Positions 44,116 to 53,726 of a stretch of DNA of 54,264 nucleotides are shown here, in pieces (positions within the stretch are counted from its first letter, which is position 1; the number at the start of each line of letters is the position of its first letter). A model generated the notes under the pieces. It made no database searches and was not told the origin of the DNA. It saw nothing but the letters and a program-made list of their open reading frames with translations. Origin of the DNA: a virus (taxonomy: Duplodnaviria > Caudoviricetes); the IMG/VR virus record IMGVR_UViG_3300025141_000126, positions 1 through 54,264 of that record; one strand, written 5' to 3'. Position numbers and translations under genes: made by a program.

Positions 44116-44321
44116 AGAAGCTAATGCACTCCGACATTGATGACGCCACTGAGCAACTCCCGATGCGCGTCTGGTGTCCGGTCTGGGGGCATATGTGCGG
44201 GTTTCGGTCGATGCAGGATGGCGGTACACCTACCCTAGGAATAAGGTCCGACATGGATGTTGCGGCCCAGGCACACGTACGCAGCAAGACTTTCTCCCTC
44301 CGGTATGGGGGTATCGACTAG
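44091..44321 (+). CDS. MDDT-family small protein (array I)
   Basis: MDDTRDLIEKL...RVW..VW. Confidence 0.65.
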   Translation: MDDTRDLIEKLMHSDIDDATEQLPMRVWCPVWGHMCGFRSMQDGGTPTLGIRSDMDVAAQAHVRSKTFSLRYGGID

Positions 44322-44412
44322 TATATATGGGGAAAACATAGGCGTAAATAGAATCTAAGTCCTTAAGAAGCGTAATTCCTTGTGAGCACTCCCCCGTTCA
44401 CAAGGAATTACA

Positions 44413-45585
44413 ATGACAGAAGAACAACCCCAAGACACCCCACTCGTCGATGAGGTCGAGGACAGGCCCCTAGAGTCGCTATCTGATGACGACTTCCCTG
44501 ATCCCGAACCTCCAGCCGCAGACCCACCCTCCGGCGAATCTGAACCGGAAGATCCTTCTGATATTCCCCCTGATGCCGATCCGGCAGTTGACGATACCCC
44601 TGCATTTGAGTTTCACGACCAAGTGGCAGCGATGGGTATCCAGGGCGTTAACGCTGACAATGCTGGGCAAATGCTCCTAGAGCAGTACCAGTACAACCTT
44701 CAGAATCAGCAGCAGCAGAACGCTCAAATGGCCTCGACTTATGATCAGGCCAATCAATACAACCAACTCCGGTCTGACCCCGAGTATCAGAAGTGGGTTG
44801 AATCGCGGAACCAACCGCAGAACGCTGAACCAGAAGCACCAGCTCATGAGTCGTGGTTCAATGCACCCCCTAAGCCAGACTACAAGAAGCTAGGGCAATA
44901 CGCTGAACTAGACGACGCAGGCAATACTGTCTGGAAGGTCGATCCGGTTACTAACCAGTATCTCGCCCCGCAAGACTTTCGTGACCAAGCAATTAACTAC
45001 GCGAACTACCGCGATGCGTGGGCGCAGCGATGGAATGAGGCACCTCATGAAGTCATGCAAGAGGTCATCAAGAATCAGGTCGTGCCAGAGATACAGGCAC
45101 AGATGCAGACGCAACAGGCGAACATCTCACAAAGGTATGAAGCAGAGCAGATCCTGCAAGAGAACTCATCTTGGCTGTTCGGCGTCAACCCCGCCACCGG
45201 GTATGAAGAACTGACCCCTGCCGGGCAAGCGTATCGAGAGATAACGACCAGCCTCCGCAGTCGAGACGTTCCCATCCGAGAGGCACATGGACTTGCACTC
45301 GCGCAGGTACAGCAGCAGTTCGCTCAACAGCAACAGCCCCAGGCTGCACCTCCTCAAGCTGCACCCCCTCAGACCCCTGCTGATCTAGCAGAAGCAAAGA
45401 AGAAACAACACCTCGCGGCTGGTGGTAATTACATCGCCAACCGTGATGGCACCGTCCCGCAGAACGGAACCGTAAATCCGGCACACCCGGACGTACTAGC
45501 TGAACCGACACTAGATATCACGCAATTCCTCGATAGTCAAGTTGACGGGGATGATTTTGTTAATCGCATGATGTCGTCACAATAA
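44413..45585 (+). CDS. Putative capsid scaffolding protein
   Basis: Acidic, Pro-rich N-terminus and Gln-rich coiled coils, directly upstream of the capsid gene. Confidence 0.6.
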   Translation: MTEEQPQDTPLVDEVEDRPLESLSDDDFPDPEPPAADPPSGESEPEDPSDIPPDADPAVDDTPAFEFHDQVAAMGIQGVNADNAGQMLLEQYQYNLQNQQQQNAQMASTYDQANQYNQLRSDPEYQKWVESRNQPQNAEPEAPAHESWFNAPPKPDYKKLGQYAELDDAGNTVWKVDPVTNQYLAPQDFRDQAINYANYRDAWAQRWNEAPHEVMQEVIKNQVVPEIQAQMQTQQANISQRYEAEQILQENSSWLFGVNPATGYEELTPAGQAYREITTSLRSRDVPIREAHGLALAQVQQQFAQQQQPQAAPPQAAPPQTPADLAEAKKKQHLAAGGNYIANRDGTVPQNGTVNPAHPDVLAEPTLDITQFLDSQVDGDDFVNRMMSSQ

Positions 45586-45597
45586 GGATCTCCTGTA

Positions 45598-46728
45598 ATG
45601 GGCCAATATCAAAGTTATACCCCTTCAGCGTGGGATCGGAGTCTACAGACGACTCTCGCCAACCACACTAAAGAGGTCGAAGATGCGACGTGGCGTAACT
45701 ACATCCTTCCGGGGATGATCAAGGAACGCGGCAATGTTGTATTGAATGTGAGCGGATCTGGTATGACCAGACCGATCCAGTTCGATATCCACGATGTCAG
45801 AGACACTTTAGGAGAAGACCCCCTCAGTCCTACTAGAAAAAACCTCTGGCAACGGGCTGAATTTGAGATGCGCGGTTACGACGTAACCGATGCAATCAAG
45901 AAGAAAGAGATGCTTGAGAATCGCAGTAAGCACGCGATCATCAACGTCTACAAGCAGTTCGTGAAGCAGCTTGGCGACTCGATGGACAAGCACCTCGCCA
46001 CTCGCTACGTCGTGGACGGTTCGACCGCCGCAAATAGCAAGGGATGGGAAGGACTCGGCACGCTATTCCAGGCTTCTGGCGACACGCTCAATGTGAGCAC
46101 CGGTGCCGCACGAACCGCCAATGCCGCCGATCCGATCGCTGAAGCATCGGGTACTTACGCCAATCTCACTATGGACCTTGGTTCATATGGGGGGGCACAG
46201 GACTCCTCAGCGGTGTGGCCTTGGGGTCAAGCAGATGTCAAGTATGACTTCTGGACCCCCCTTTTGGTGAATGCGACCTCCACCTACTTTACGGGGTCCA
46301 CTTGGGCAGCTAACGGCGTTGAGGCCTTGCGACTTGCATTGGCACACTCGCAACGCAACGATGCTCGCTCATCGGCTGGTATCGATCTGTTCCTGATGTC
46401 TCGCGACTGGTTGTATGCGTTTAAGAACCAGCTTGACACCAAAGAGCGGGTTATCGTCAGTGAAAACCTTCCAGCGCGTGCTCTTGGCTTCAAGACCATC
46501 TCGTTCGACGGTGTTGAGATTGCACAGGACACATCTATGCCTGCTGCATCTGCATATGGCGTCTCGGTTGCTAATGTCAGCCTAGAGTGTCAATTCGACC
46601 AACTGCTTCATAGCGAAGGTCCACACTACCAGTGGTTGGATAAGTCGTACGCCGCGAGCGTGGAAACTAACAGTAACCTCATTTACAAATCGCCAGCCAA
46701 CTTCTGCAAGTTGTCGGCTGTTGCATAG
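45598..46728 (+). CDS. Major capsid protein
   Basis: 376 aa; TTLAN...DA, ML.N......II, DGS....K..EGL, LGFKTISFDGVEI motifs; position in the head module. Confidence 0.8.
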   Translation: MGQYQSYTPSAWDRSLQTTLANHTKEVEDATWRNYILPGMIKERGNVVLNVSGSGMTRPIQFDIHDVRDTLGEDPLSPTRKNLWQRAEFEMRGYDVTDAIKKKEMLENRSKHAIINVYKQFVKQLGDSMDKHLATRYVVDGSTAANSKGWEGLGTLFQASGDTLNVSTGAARTANAADPIAEASGTYANLTMDLGSYGGAQDSSAVWPWGQADVKYDFWTPLLVNATSTYFTGSTWAANGVEALRLALAHSQRNDARSSAGIDLFLMSRDWLYAFKNQLDTKERVIVSENLPARALGFKTISFDGVEIAQDTSMPAASAYGVSVANVSLECQFDQLLHSEGPHYQWLDKSYAASVETNSNLIYKSPANFCKLSAVA

Positions 46729-46739
46729 GGAGAATTTTG

Positions 46740-47360
46740 ATGACGCAACCTAACTGCTCAGCACCATTTGACCTTGGGACGTATCAGACTGATGATTCGG
46801 CCAAGGGCAAACATGGTGCCTATGTAGGGCAAACCTTCTGGGTTGAAGACAAAGATCCTTCTGCCGCTATTGGTCAGAAGTCTCGGCGTACCAACCGAAT
46901 GAAGCAAGTGCTCTGTGTTCGTAACAACTGTGCGATCAACCTGAAGCCTGGACAGCTCGTGCTCTTTGAAGCATCTGGCGGTGCAGTGTATTTCAGTGAG
47001 GTCGATGGTTACGCTGCTGTCACTGCTGGTTTGCATTGTGCTCCAGTTGATGATTGCATTGTCGCCGCTGGTGTGCCTCAGTATGGCGTGTTCTATGTCG
47101 TGGTAAACGGCCCGAACAACGTCATTACCCAACAGGCCAACATGGCGGCTGACATCGCTGTCGGTGACCAGTTGATCAGTTCTGGTGCCGGTACGACTCT
47201 TGAGTCTGCTGGTACGACCGCTGGTCGCGTGATTCCACTTGACACGGCTGACACCGACTCGGTGATTCGGTCGAGCAATGTCATTGGTCGGGCACTGACC
47301 GGTGCGATCACCACAGCAACGGAAACCACAATCCTTGCGTCCGTAAACGTGAGGCTATAA
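46740..47360 (+). CDS. Putative capsid decoration/cement protein
   Basis: CVRN..AINLKPG...VDD..V.AGVP...FYVVVNGP; follows the capsid gene. Confidence 0.55.
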   Translation: MTQPNCSAPFDLGTYQTDDSAKGKHGAYVGQTFWVEDKDPSAAIGQKSRRTNRMKQVLCVRNNCAINLKPGQLVLFEASGGAVYFSEVDGYAAVTAGLHCAPVDDCIVAAGVPQYGVFYVVVNGPNNVITQQANMAADIAVGDQLISSGAGTTLESAGTTAGRVIPLDTADTDSVIRSSNVIGRALTGAITTATETTILASVNVRL

Positions 47361-47374
47361 ATCTGCGGGGGCTG

Positions 47375-47413
47375 GACCTGGGGTGGGGGTAAAACCTCGC
47401 CCCAGGTCATTTT
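47375..47413 (+). terminator. Hairpin/terminator after the capsid operon
   Basis: GACCTGGGGTGGGG/CCTCGCCCCAGGTC stem followed by ATTTT. Confidence 0.55.
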
Positions 47414-47479
47414 CCCCGTTCTTATTCCCGCAGGAGTAACGGCCACCGCACCTGCTAACACTTGAGTTAGGAGACTTTA

Positions 47480-48367
47480 ATGGCTACACCCCGCAAATTA
47501 AACGTCCTCGTCTGCTTCCCTTCCTATGGGGGGAATGGTGGAATTGCCGCCGAACACCCCGATGTGAGGGGTTGGGCGATGACCACTTTTCAGTCCATTC
47601 TTCAGGACGACCGTATTGAGTCTTATTCTGACGTTACGGAAAACGACACCCCCATAACGATGGTGCGTAACCGCTTCGTTGAGATTGGTAGGGAACAGAA
47701 GGCTGATGTCCTGGTCATGGTCGATTCCGACATGCGCCCGGATTACTACCCCGACGCCCCTAAGTTCTGGGATACGTCATTCTCGTTTCTGCACGAACAT
47801 TGGGAAAAAGGGCCTGTAGTTATCGGTGCCCCTTATTGTGGACCACCACCTCGCCCCCCGCACGACATCTGGGGAGAGAATCCCTATGTGTTCAAATGGC
47901 AATCCACTAGTAATAGCGATCTCGTGAGTGCCAACCTGGAGCAGTATTCCAGGGATGAGGCCGCGAACGCCACAGGCATTACCAACGTGGCGGCGTTGCC
48001 AACTGGTCTGATCATGTACGACATGCGGGTCTTCGATATCATCGAGAAGCCGTACTTCTACTACGAGTATCCCGACGACGGCGAGAATGGCAAGATGTCA
48101 ACTGAGGACGTTACGAACACCCGTGACATCTCTATGGCTGGCGAAGAAATCCTTGGCTACAACCCGCTGTATTGCAACTGGGATGCGTGGGCAGGTCACT
48201 GGAAACCATGGTGCGTAGGCAAGCCTACCGTCTGGAATTCTAGCAACGTCTGCAAGAAGAACCACGACGCCGTCCTGCGTGGTCCTGCACACAAGACGAT
48301 CGAGATGTCTGGTGCAATCCCATTCGACTCTGAGCAAGGCCGACGCCTGATGGGAGTTGAAGGGTGA
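47480..48367 (+). CDS. GT-A fold (family 2-like) glycosyltransferase
   Basis: ITMVRN, ADVLVMVDSDM (DxD), PTGLIMYDMRVF, TEDV, GHWK. Confidence 0.75.
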   Translation: MATPRKLNVLVCFPSYGGNGGIAAEHPDVRGWAMTTFQSILQDDRIESYSDVTENDTPITMVRNRFVEIGREQKADVLVMVDSDMRPDYYPDAPKFWDTSFSFLHEHWEKGPVVIGAPYCGPPPRPPHDIWGENPYVFKWQSTSNSDLVSANLEQYSRDEAANATGITNVAALPTGLIMYDMRVFDIIEKPYFYYEYPDDGENGKMSTEDVTNTRDISMAGEEILGYNPLYCNWDAWAGHWKPWCVGKPTVWNSSNVCKKNHDAVLRGPAHKTIEMSGAIPFDSEQGRRLMGVEG

Positions 48368-48915
48368 TGTATGTAGCCGCAGATTCCGGTGGGGATAACG
48401 AACGAGCGTGTAAAGATTGCTTGCAAATCTGCCCGGAGTCTGCGTTTGGAGGTGCTCGCAACCTCCTATGTACGGCCTGCGTCGAGAAGCAAATCGCGCT
48501 CAGAACCCAACTGAAGGCAGAGATAGCCGACCAGAACCAAGAGATCGTTGAGAACGCGATGCTCAAGCGGGATACGCAAGTCGTACGCCTGATTGAGCAG
48601 ATCGTTAACGCTCCGGTCAACAACGGTGTACCCACACTGGAAGAGGTCTGGGAATCGCTGTCATCTGCTTTCGGCGGTGCGAGAGGCATTGGTGCCGAGG
48701 CGGCTATTTGCTACCGAGGTGCCAAGCCTACCGTGCAACAAAAGATCCTGCAGTTGGTCCTGGGTGTCGGAACCAGGGTTGATGAGCGGGGAACATTGAA
48801 TCGCAACGTCGAGGACATGGAAACGACCGAACTAGAAGCCGCTGCACTTGAACTCCTAGAGCGGGAAAAGAGACGCCAGAAGGAAATCGACGACAAGACC
48901 GAGAAGGAAGAATGA
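48364..48915 (+). CDS. Hypothetical protein, possible small terminase subunit
   Basis: N-terminal CxxC...CxxC; ATGA-coupled to terL. Confidence 0.45.
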   Translation: MMYVAADSGGDNERACKDCLQICPESAFGGARNLLCTACVEKQIALRTQLKAEIADQNQEIVENAMLKRDTQVVRLIEQIVNAPVNNGVPTLEEVWESLSSAFGGARGIGAEAAICYRGAKPTVQQKILQLVLGVGTRVDERGTLNRNVEDMETTELEAAALELLEREKRRQKEIDDKTEKEE

Positions 48916-50630
48916 CCGAACAGAACATCCTCCTAGACCGAATCACTGAACACTCCACGTACGAGGAACGCCGTACAGAGGAAGTGCTTAGGGAATTAGC
49001 GGATCGACGTGCCGAGGCTCTGAACATCTACGAACCTCAGCCGTTCCAAGCACCGTTCCATGCGTGCAAGATCCGTGAAGTGGCGTTGATCGCAGGCAAC
49101 CAAACCGGCAAGTCTCTAGCTGGATTCGTCGAAGTCGCTCGCTGTGTCACCAACCGTGACCCGTTCAATAAATATCCAGACCGTGGGCTTGTTGTGTGTC
49201 TGGGCTATGACGAGAAACACATCACACGTATGCACGATTACTTGCTGCGGGCGGGTGAATTTCAGATGATCTGGGACCACGAGAAGAAGGGCTACCGAAC
49301 CTACAATCCAAAGTTCGATTCAGCCAGAGCGAGTGAGGCACGACCGGCTCCTCCGTTGATTCCACGACGCTACATTAAGCAGATATCGTGGATCAGCAAG
49401 AAGGACCGCATCTTCGCTAAGATCACGCTCCATAACGGCTGGGAGATCTGGGGATTCAGTTCTCGCGGTGAACCTGCACAAGGCTTCAAAGCTGACTTGG
49501 TGCATATCGACGAAGATATTCAGATTCAGTCATGGTACTCCGAGATGCTTGCTCGACTGTCGATGCAGGAGAAGGGGCGACTGATCTGGACGGCTATGCC
49601 ACAGAGCAAAAACGATGCGATGGTTAACCTCGTGAATCGTGCTCGGCAAGAGGAGGAGGATGAAGATCCCAGACCCTCTGCTAAGGTGTTCAAGGCGACG
49701 ATATTCGACAATATCTACCTTCCAGAAAGTGTTATCGAACAGAACGTCAAGGCCTGGAAAGCTGAGGGCGAAGAGGTATACCTGCGACGTGCAAAAGGGG
49801 AGATGATCCTCGATCACCGGCAGATGTACCCGACCTTCGCTCGCATCGTCCACTGCCTACCAAAGACCGGTCCACAGAAAGTGCTCAAGGTAATGGCTGA
49901 ACGTGGAAATCAGCCGCCTGAAGATTGGTGCAAATACACGATCACTGACCCTGGTCACTCGCGATGTGCCGTTGCGTTTATTGCCGTCCCTCCACCCGAG
50001 ATATACGGTCGATATGTAATCCAGTACGACGAGTTGTACCTCGCGCAATGCGATGCGGCTATGTACGGCAAGGCGATGGGTCGCAAAGTAGCCCGAACAG
50101 GAATTCAGGCACACATCATCGACGAGCATGGATCGCGACCTACCGAGGCTGGTTCCGGCAAGACAATCAAGCGGCAGTATAGTGACGCATTAAGGGCAAA
50201 CAACGTCAAGTCGTACCACACTAAATTCGGATACCTCGCCGGTAGCGACGACGTGAAAGCACGCTGCAACGCGGTGCGTGAATTGCTCACCATTCGGGGC
50301 GATATCGGACAGCCTACTTACTTGGTAGTTGCAGCTAATTGTCCTAACACGTTACGCGAGTTCGACAGGTACAACAAAAAGACACAAAACGTCGGTGGTA
50401 CACAGATAATCCTCGACACACCGATGCCACGCCACAACCACCTAATGAATTGTCTGGAGTATGCGGCAGCTCACGGAGTTCCGTACGTTAAAGCACCTCC
50501 AGCGAAGAAAGCAAAGACCACCTACGAACTCTGGAGAGAACGTAAGGACTTTGAAAAGAAAATGCGCAATTACGACCCCATGTCGGCGCTGAACACTAAC
50601 CACATCACACTCGGCCCTCGTGGTGCCTAA
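48912..50630 (+). CDS. terL: Terminase large subunit
   Basis: PQPFQAPFH, AGNQTGKS (Walker A), HIDED (Walker B), TDPG nuclease motif, NHLMNCLEY. Confidence 0.9.
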   Translation: MTEQNILLDRITEHSTYEERRTEEVLRELADRRAEALNIYEPQPFQAPFHACKIREVALIAGNQTGKSLAGFVEVARCVTNRDPFNKYPDRGLVVCLGYDEKHITRMHDYLLRAGEFQMIWDHEKKGYRTYNPKFDSARASEARPAPPLIPRRYIKQISWISKKDRIFAKITLHNGWEIWGFSSRGEPAQGFKADLVHIDEDIQIQSWYSEMLARLSMQEKGRLIWTAMPQSKNDAMVNLVNRARQEEEDEDPRPSAKVFKATIFDNIYLPESVIEQNVKAWKAEGEEVYLRRAKGEMILDHRQMYPTFARIVHCLPKTGPQKVLKVMAERGNQPPEDWCKYTITDPGHSRCAVAFIAVPPPEIYGRYVIQYDELYLAQCDAAMYGKAMGRKVARTGIQAHIIDEHGSRPTEAGSGKTIKRQYSDALRANNVKSYHTKFGYLAGSDDVKARCNAVRELLTIRGDIGQPTYLVVAANCPNTLREFDRYNKKTQNVGGTQIILDTPMPRHNHLMNCLEYAAAHGVPYVKAPPAKKAKTTYELWRERKDFEKKMRNYDPMSALNTNHITLGPRGA

Positions 50631-50644
50631 CAAAGGAAGAGATC

Positions 50645-51187
50645 ATGCAATCACTAGCAGACGAACAGAGAGACCAACAGGACGTTATACGAGAGGAGAG
50701 GAAGCGTCGGCGTGCAATCGAAGATGCCTTCATCATGCCTCAAGACGTGTACCCCGGTCAGCCAGTTATCATCCGTGAAAGCGGTCGCACAGAATACGCC
50801 CTTGGTCTAGTTGAGACAGTCCGTGATCGAATGATCATTGTCATCATGCCCGGCGGTAAGCGAGTGGACGACATCTTGCACGTCGAAGATCCTCGACACC
50901 AAAACAACAACCGGCGAGGAAGTATCAAAGGGAAGTGGGAACACGCCCCGGCAACGCTCAAGGCACAAGCGGAAGCGATCGCCCTGGACGCACGACTGAC
51001 CCGTATCGAAGGTCTATTGAATCAAGTCAAAGGCCCGAAACCACAGAAGGTTAAGGCGAAGGACGATGTTGATCCTGAACTTGAGACACTTCGCAAGCGT
51101 GGCATCGAGGCTGGTATTCCTTACGCTCACGTGATGGGCATTCCAAAACTAACCGCTCGACTCAGGGAACTGGACGATGGTAGATAA
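50645..51187 (+). CDS. Hypothetical protein
   Basis: AAGGA RBS; lies between terL and portal. Confidence 0.6.
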   Translation: MQSLADEQRDQQDVIREERKRRRAIEDAFIMPQDVYPGQPVIIRESGRTEYALGLVETVRDRMIIVIMPGGKRVDDILHVEDPRHQNNNRRGSIKGKWEHAPATLKAQAEAIALDARLTRIEGLLNQVKGPKPQKVKAKDDVDPELETLRKRGIEAGIPYAHVMGIPKLTARLRELDDGR

Positions 51188-53081
51188 CGAAGGCACTTCT
51201 CACCCGCTGAGTGTGGTTGTCAAGGCATGGACCTCTCTTATCCACGCTGCTGAGAGGCAGAAGGATAAGACGTTCGGGCGGTACGCGCGCGAGGCCATGC
51301 AGTTTTTTGACGGCGACCACAATTGGATGTGGGAATCGGAGTATCAAACGGGCAAGGGGGGATACCTTTCAAAGGGTTCCCCTGACTCCGTGAAGCCGCT
51401 GTTCCTCTCTAGCACCAACAAGGTGTCTGAGATCGTGCAGCTGTTTTCTCCAAGGCTGATCGCTCGTGACCCGCACGTACAAGTGTCGATCCCACCAAAG
51501 GACGAGATACATCCTGCTGCCCTGGGGGATATGAATGACCCACAGTTTCAGCAGAAGTTTCAGATGCTTCAACAGCGAGAGGCATACAACCGTGCTCGAC
51601 TGGAGACGCATGCTGATATTCGACAACGCTACCTCAACTGGCTTCAGCTTGAAGGCCGGAAGAAAGAGGAGGTACGCGAATGCGTCACAGAAGCGTTGAT
51701 AAAAGGAGAGGCACCCCTCTGGACGGAGATGTACAATCCCCCCGGAAGTACCCTCCGTTACCCCAAAACATTCCACGACAGCGTGGATAATCTCATCAAA
51801 GATCCCGACGCACGTAAGCGATCGGAGATGAAGTGGGTCGCCCGTAAATGCACCCAGCCTATTTGGCAAGTCGCCAAGGAATACGGGATCGATCCCAAGC
51901 TGTTGAAAGGCAACGGCGAGAGTGCTCGTGGGGCTGCGACTAGTGGCACACGACCAGGGATCGCAAGCGACCGAAACAACGGCAAAACGAATGATTTGCT
52001 TACCTACTACAAGATTTATTCCAAGACTGGTTTCGGTGCTCGACTAGAGGACTTCGCTCACGGTGGCGATGAACTGAAGGAAGCACTAGAACAGTTTGGT
52101 GATAACTGCTTCTTGGTCGTCGCTGATGGTGTTGAATTCCCACTCAACCTGCCGCCTGGAACAGAACCAGAACAAGTGCAAGAGCGAGTCCAATGGCCTA
52201 TCCCATTTTGGACCGATGGTGGGTGGCCTTTCCAGTCCCTAGGCTTCACGAACAAACCGAACGATGTTTGGTATATTTCGATTGTCAAGCCTGGAATTGG
52301 GGAGCTACGCTTCATAAATTGGGCCATGTCACACTTGGCAACTAAGGTCGCCCAGGCCGGTACAATCATCGCCATCAAAGAGGGTGCCGGTGAGGATTAT
52401 TACAACAACTTCATGGAGCGTGCCGGTGCATATACCGTCATGAAAACCAAGGAGATTGACGGTAATATTCGGGACAACGTCGAGGTGTTTAACCTCCAGG
52501 CATTTAACTCTGAACTGTACCAAGTTGTGCTTGAGGTGATGAACCAATTCGATAAGCGAACCGGCTTGATCGAGATCCTCTACGGCGTCAATTCTGGTAC
52601 TCAGATCCGTTCAGCCAGTGAGAGCAACTCCCGCGAGCAGAACGCTACGATCCGCGTAGACGACATGAACGATCGGACAGAAGACTTCTTGTCCAATGTG
52701 TTCCGCAACGAGATGGTAGCCGCGTCATGGACCCTTACTGGTGAAGACATCCGACGTGCTGTTGGTGATCTATCCGCACACGTCTGGGACACACAAATGC
52801 GCACGCAGGACTTTGAGTCTGTGGTGCGCGACTACAACTACCGAATCGAGGCAGGGTCCGCAGCCAAGCCTAACAAGCAATCGCAGCAGGACAAGATTAA
52901 CAACCTCGCCCAAGTGATGATGCCAACGCTCTCGCAGATGGTAGGTATGGGTCAAGTCGGCCCGTACAACGCCATGATTCGAGACATCGGCAAGGCACAT
53001 GACATCGACCCCACTGACTATCTTGTGCCACCGCCACAGCCTATAGCCCCACCCCCACAGCAAGGAAACAGTAAGCAATGA
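51177..53081 (+). CDS. Portal protein
   Basis: 634 aa after terL; DPDA, FDKRTGL...G...RSASE, YRIEAGS..KPN motifs; Pro/Gln tail. Confidence 0.8.
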   Translation: MVDNEGTSHPLSVVVKAWTSLIHAAERQKDKTFGRYAREAMQFFDGDHNWMWESEYQTGKGGYLSKGSPDSVKPLFLSSTNKVSEIVQLFSPRLIARDPHVQVSIPPKDEIHPAALGDMNDPQFQQKFQMLQQREAYNRARLETHADIRQRYLNWLQLEGRKKEEVRECVTEALIKGEAPLWTEMYNPPGSTLRYPKTFHDSVDNLIKDPDARKRSEMKWVARKCTQPIWQVAKEYGIDPKLLKGNGESARGAATSGTRPGIASDRNNGKTNDLLTYYKIYSKTGFGARLEDFAHGGDELKEALEQFGDNCFLVVADGVEFPLNLPPGTEPEQVQERVQWPIPFWTDGGWPFQSLGFTNKPNDVWYISIVKPGIGELRFINWAMSHLATKVAQAGTIIAIKEGAGEDYYNNFMERAGAYTVMKTKEIDGNIRDNVEVFNLQAFNSELYQVVLEVMNQFDKRTGLIEILYGVNSGTQIRSASESNSREQNATIRVDDMNDRTEDFLSNVFRNEMVAASWTLTGEDIRRAVGDLSAHVWDTQMRTQDFESVVRDYNYRIEAGSAAKPNKQSQQDKINNLAQVMMPTLSQMVGMGQVGPYNAMIRDIGKAHDIDPTDYLVPPPQPIAPPPQQGNSKQ

Positions 53082-53620
53082 ATTGGGAAGAACACTACAG
53101 AGAGGAATGCGAGCGTCTTGGCTGCGTGAAAATGTACGACAAGATCCTCGCTAAAGAGAAGTGCAATCCTTCGTTCGCAGCGATGTTGGCACAGAAGAAT
53201 CCACCGGCTCTCGATACCGACACGTCTTGGTTAGCAGCACATCCCCGATCGTCCGACAACATGGAAGGCATGACAGCACGTTCTGCAAAGCAAGTCCTCC
53301 GGCGAGCGAAGAAGGCTGGCATTAGTACCGCTGGGATGGTTCACATCTCTGGTCTAGGCCCACCATCTGACCCTTGTTCATGGGTGGAGGGTAAGTCGGA
53401 CATGATACGAAAAGCGAAGATCAAGAACGCCGAACTCGTCTCTAGCGGGAAGGTGATAAACGCGATCGTGGAGATGGAACCAAAAGAGAAGAAGCCGAAA
53501 CTGTCCAAGGATATAACCCAAGCGTTGTCCCGCAAGCACAAAGCAGAGAACCTCGACTGTAAACTCGAAGGACAGGAACTCAAAGAAATGATCATCGATA
53601 AACACGCATACAAAGGCTAG
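53078..53620 (+). CDS. Hypothetical protein
   Basis: ATGA-coupled to the portal gene. Confidence 0.6.
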   Translation: MNWEEHYREECERLGCVKMYDKILAKEKCNPSFAAMLAQKNPPALDTDTSWLAAHPRSSDNMEGMTARSAKQVLRRAKKAGISTAGMVHISGLGPPSDPCSWVEGKSDMIRKAKIKNAELVSSGKVINAIVEMEPKEKKPKLSKDITQALSRKHKAENLDCKLEGQELKEMIIDKHAYKG

Positions 53621-53726
53621 CAAATGAAATCGACAATGGCAAAAGGCTGGTATCACAACCGTACTCGCTGGAACTGGCGCTTTGTTAATCACTGTTTATA
53701 AGATTTGGAAAGGGGGTCAAGGTTAA

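Noticed and set aside
6035-44321. Diversity-generating retroelement as the source of mini-protein variation
   Set aside because: No reverse transcriptase and no near-identical TR/VR pair with adenine-specific differences seen
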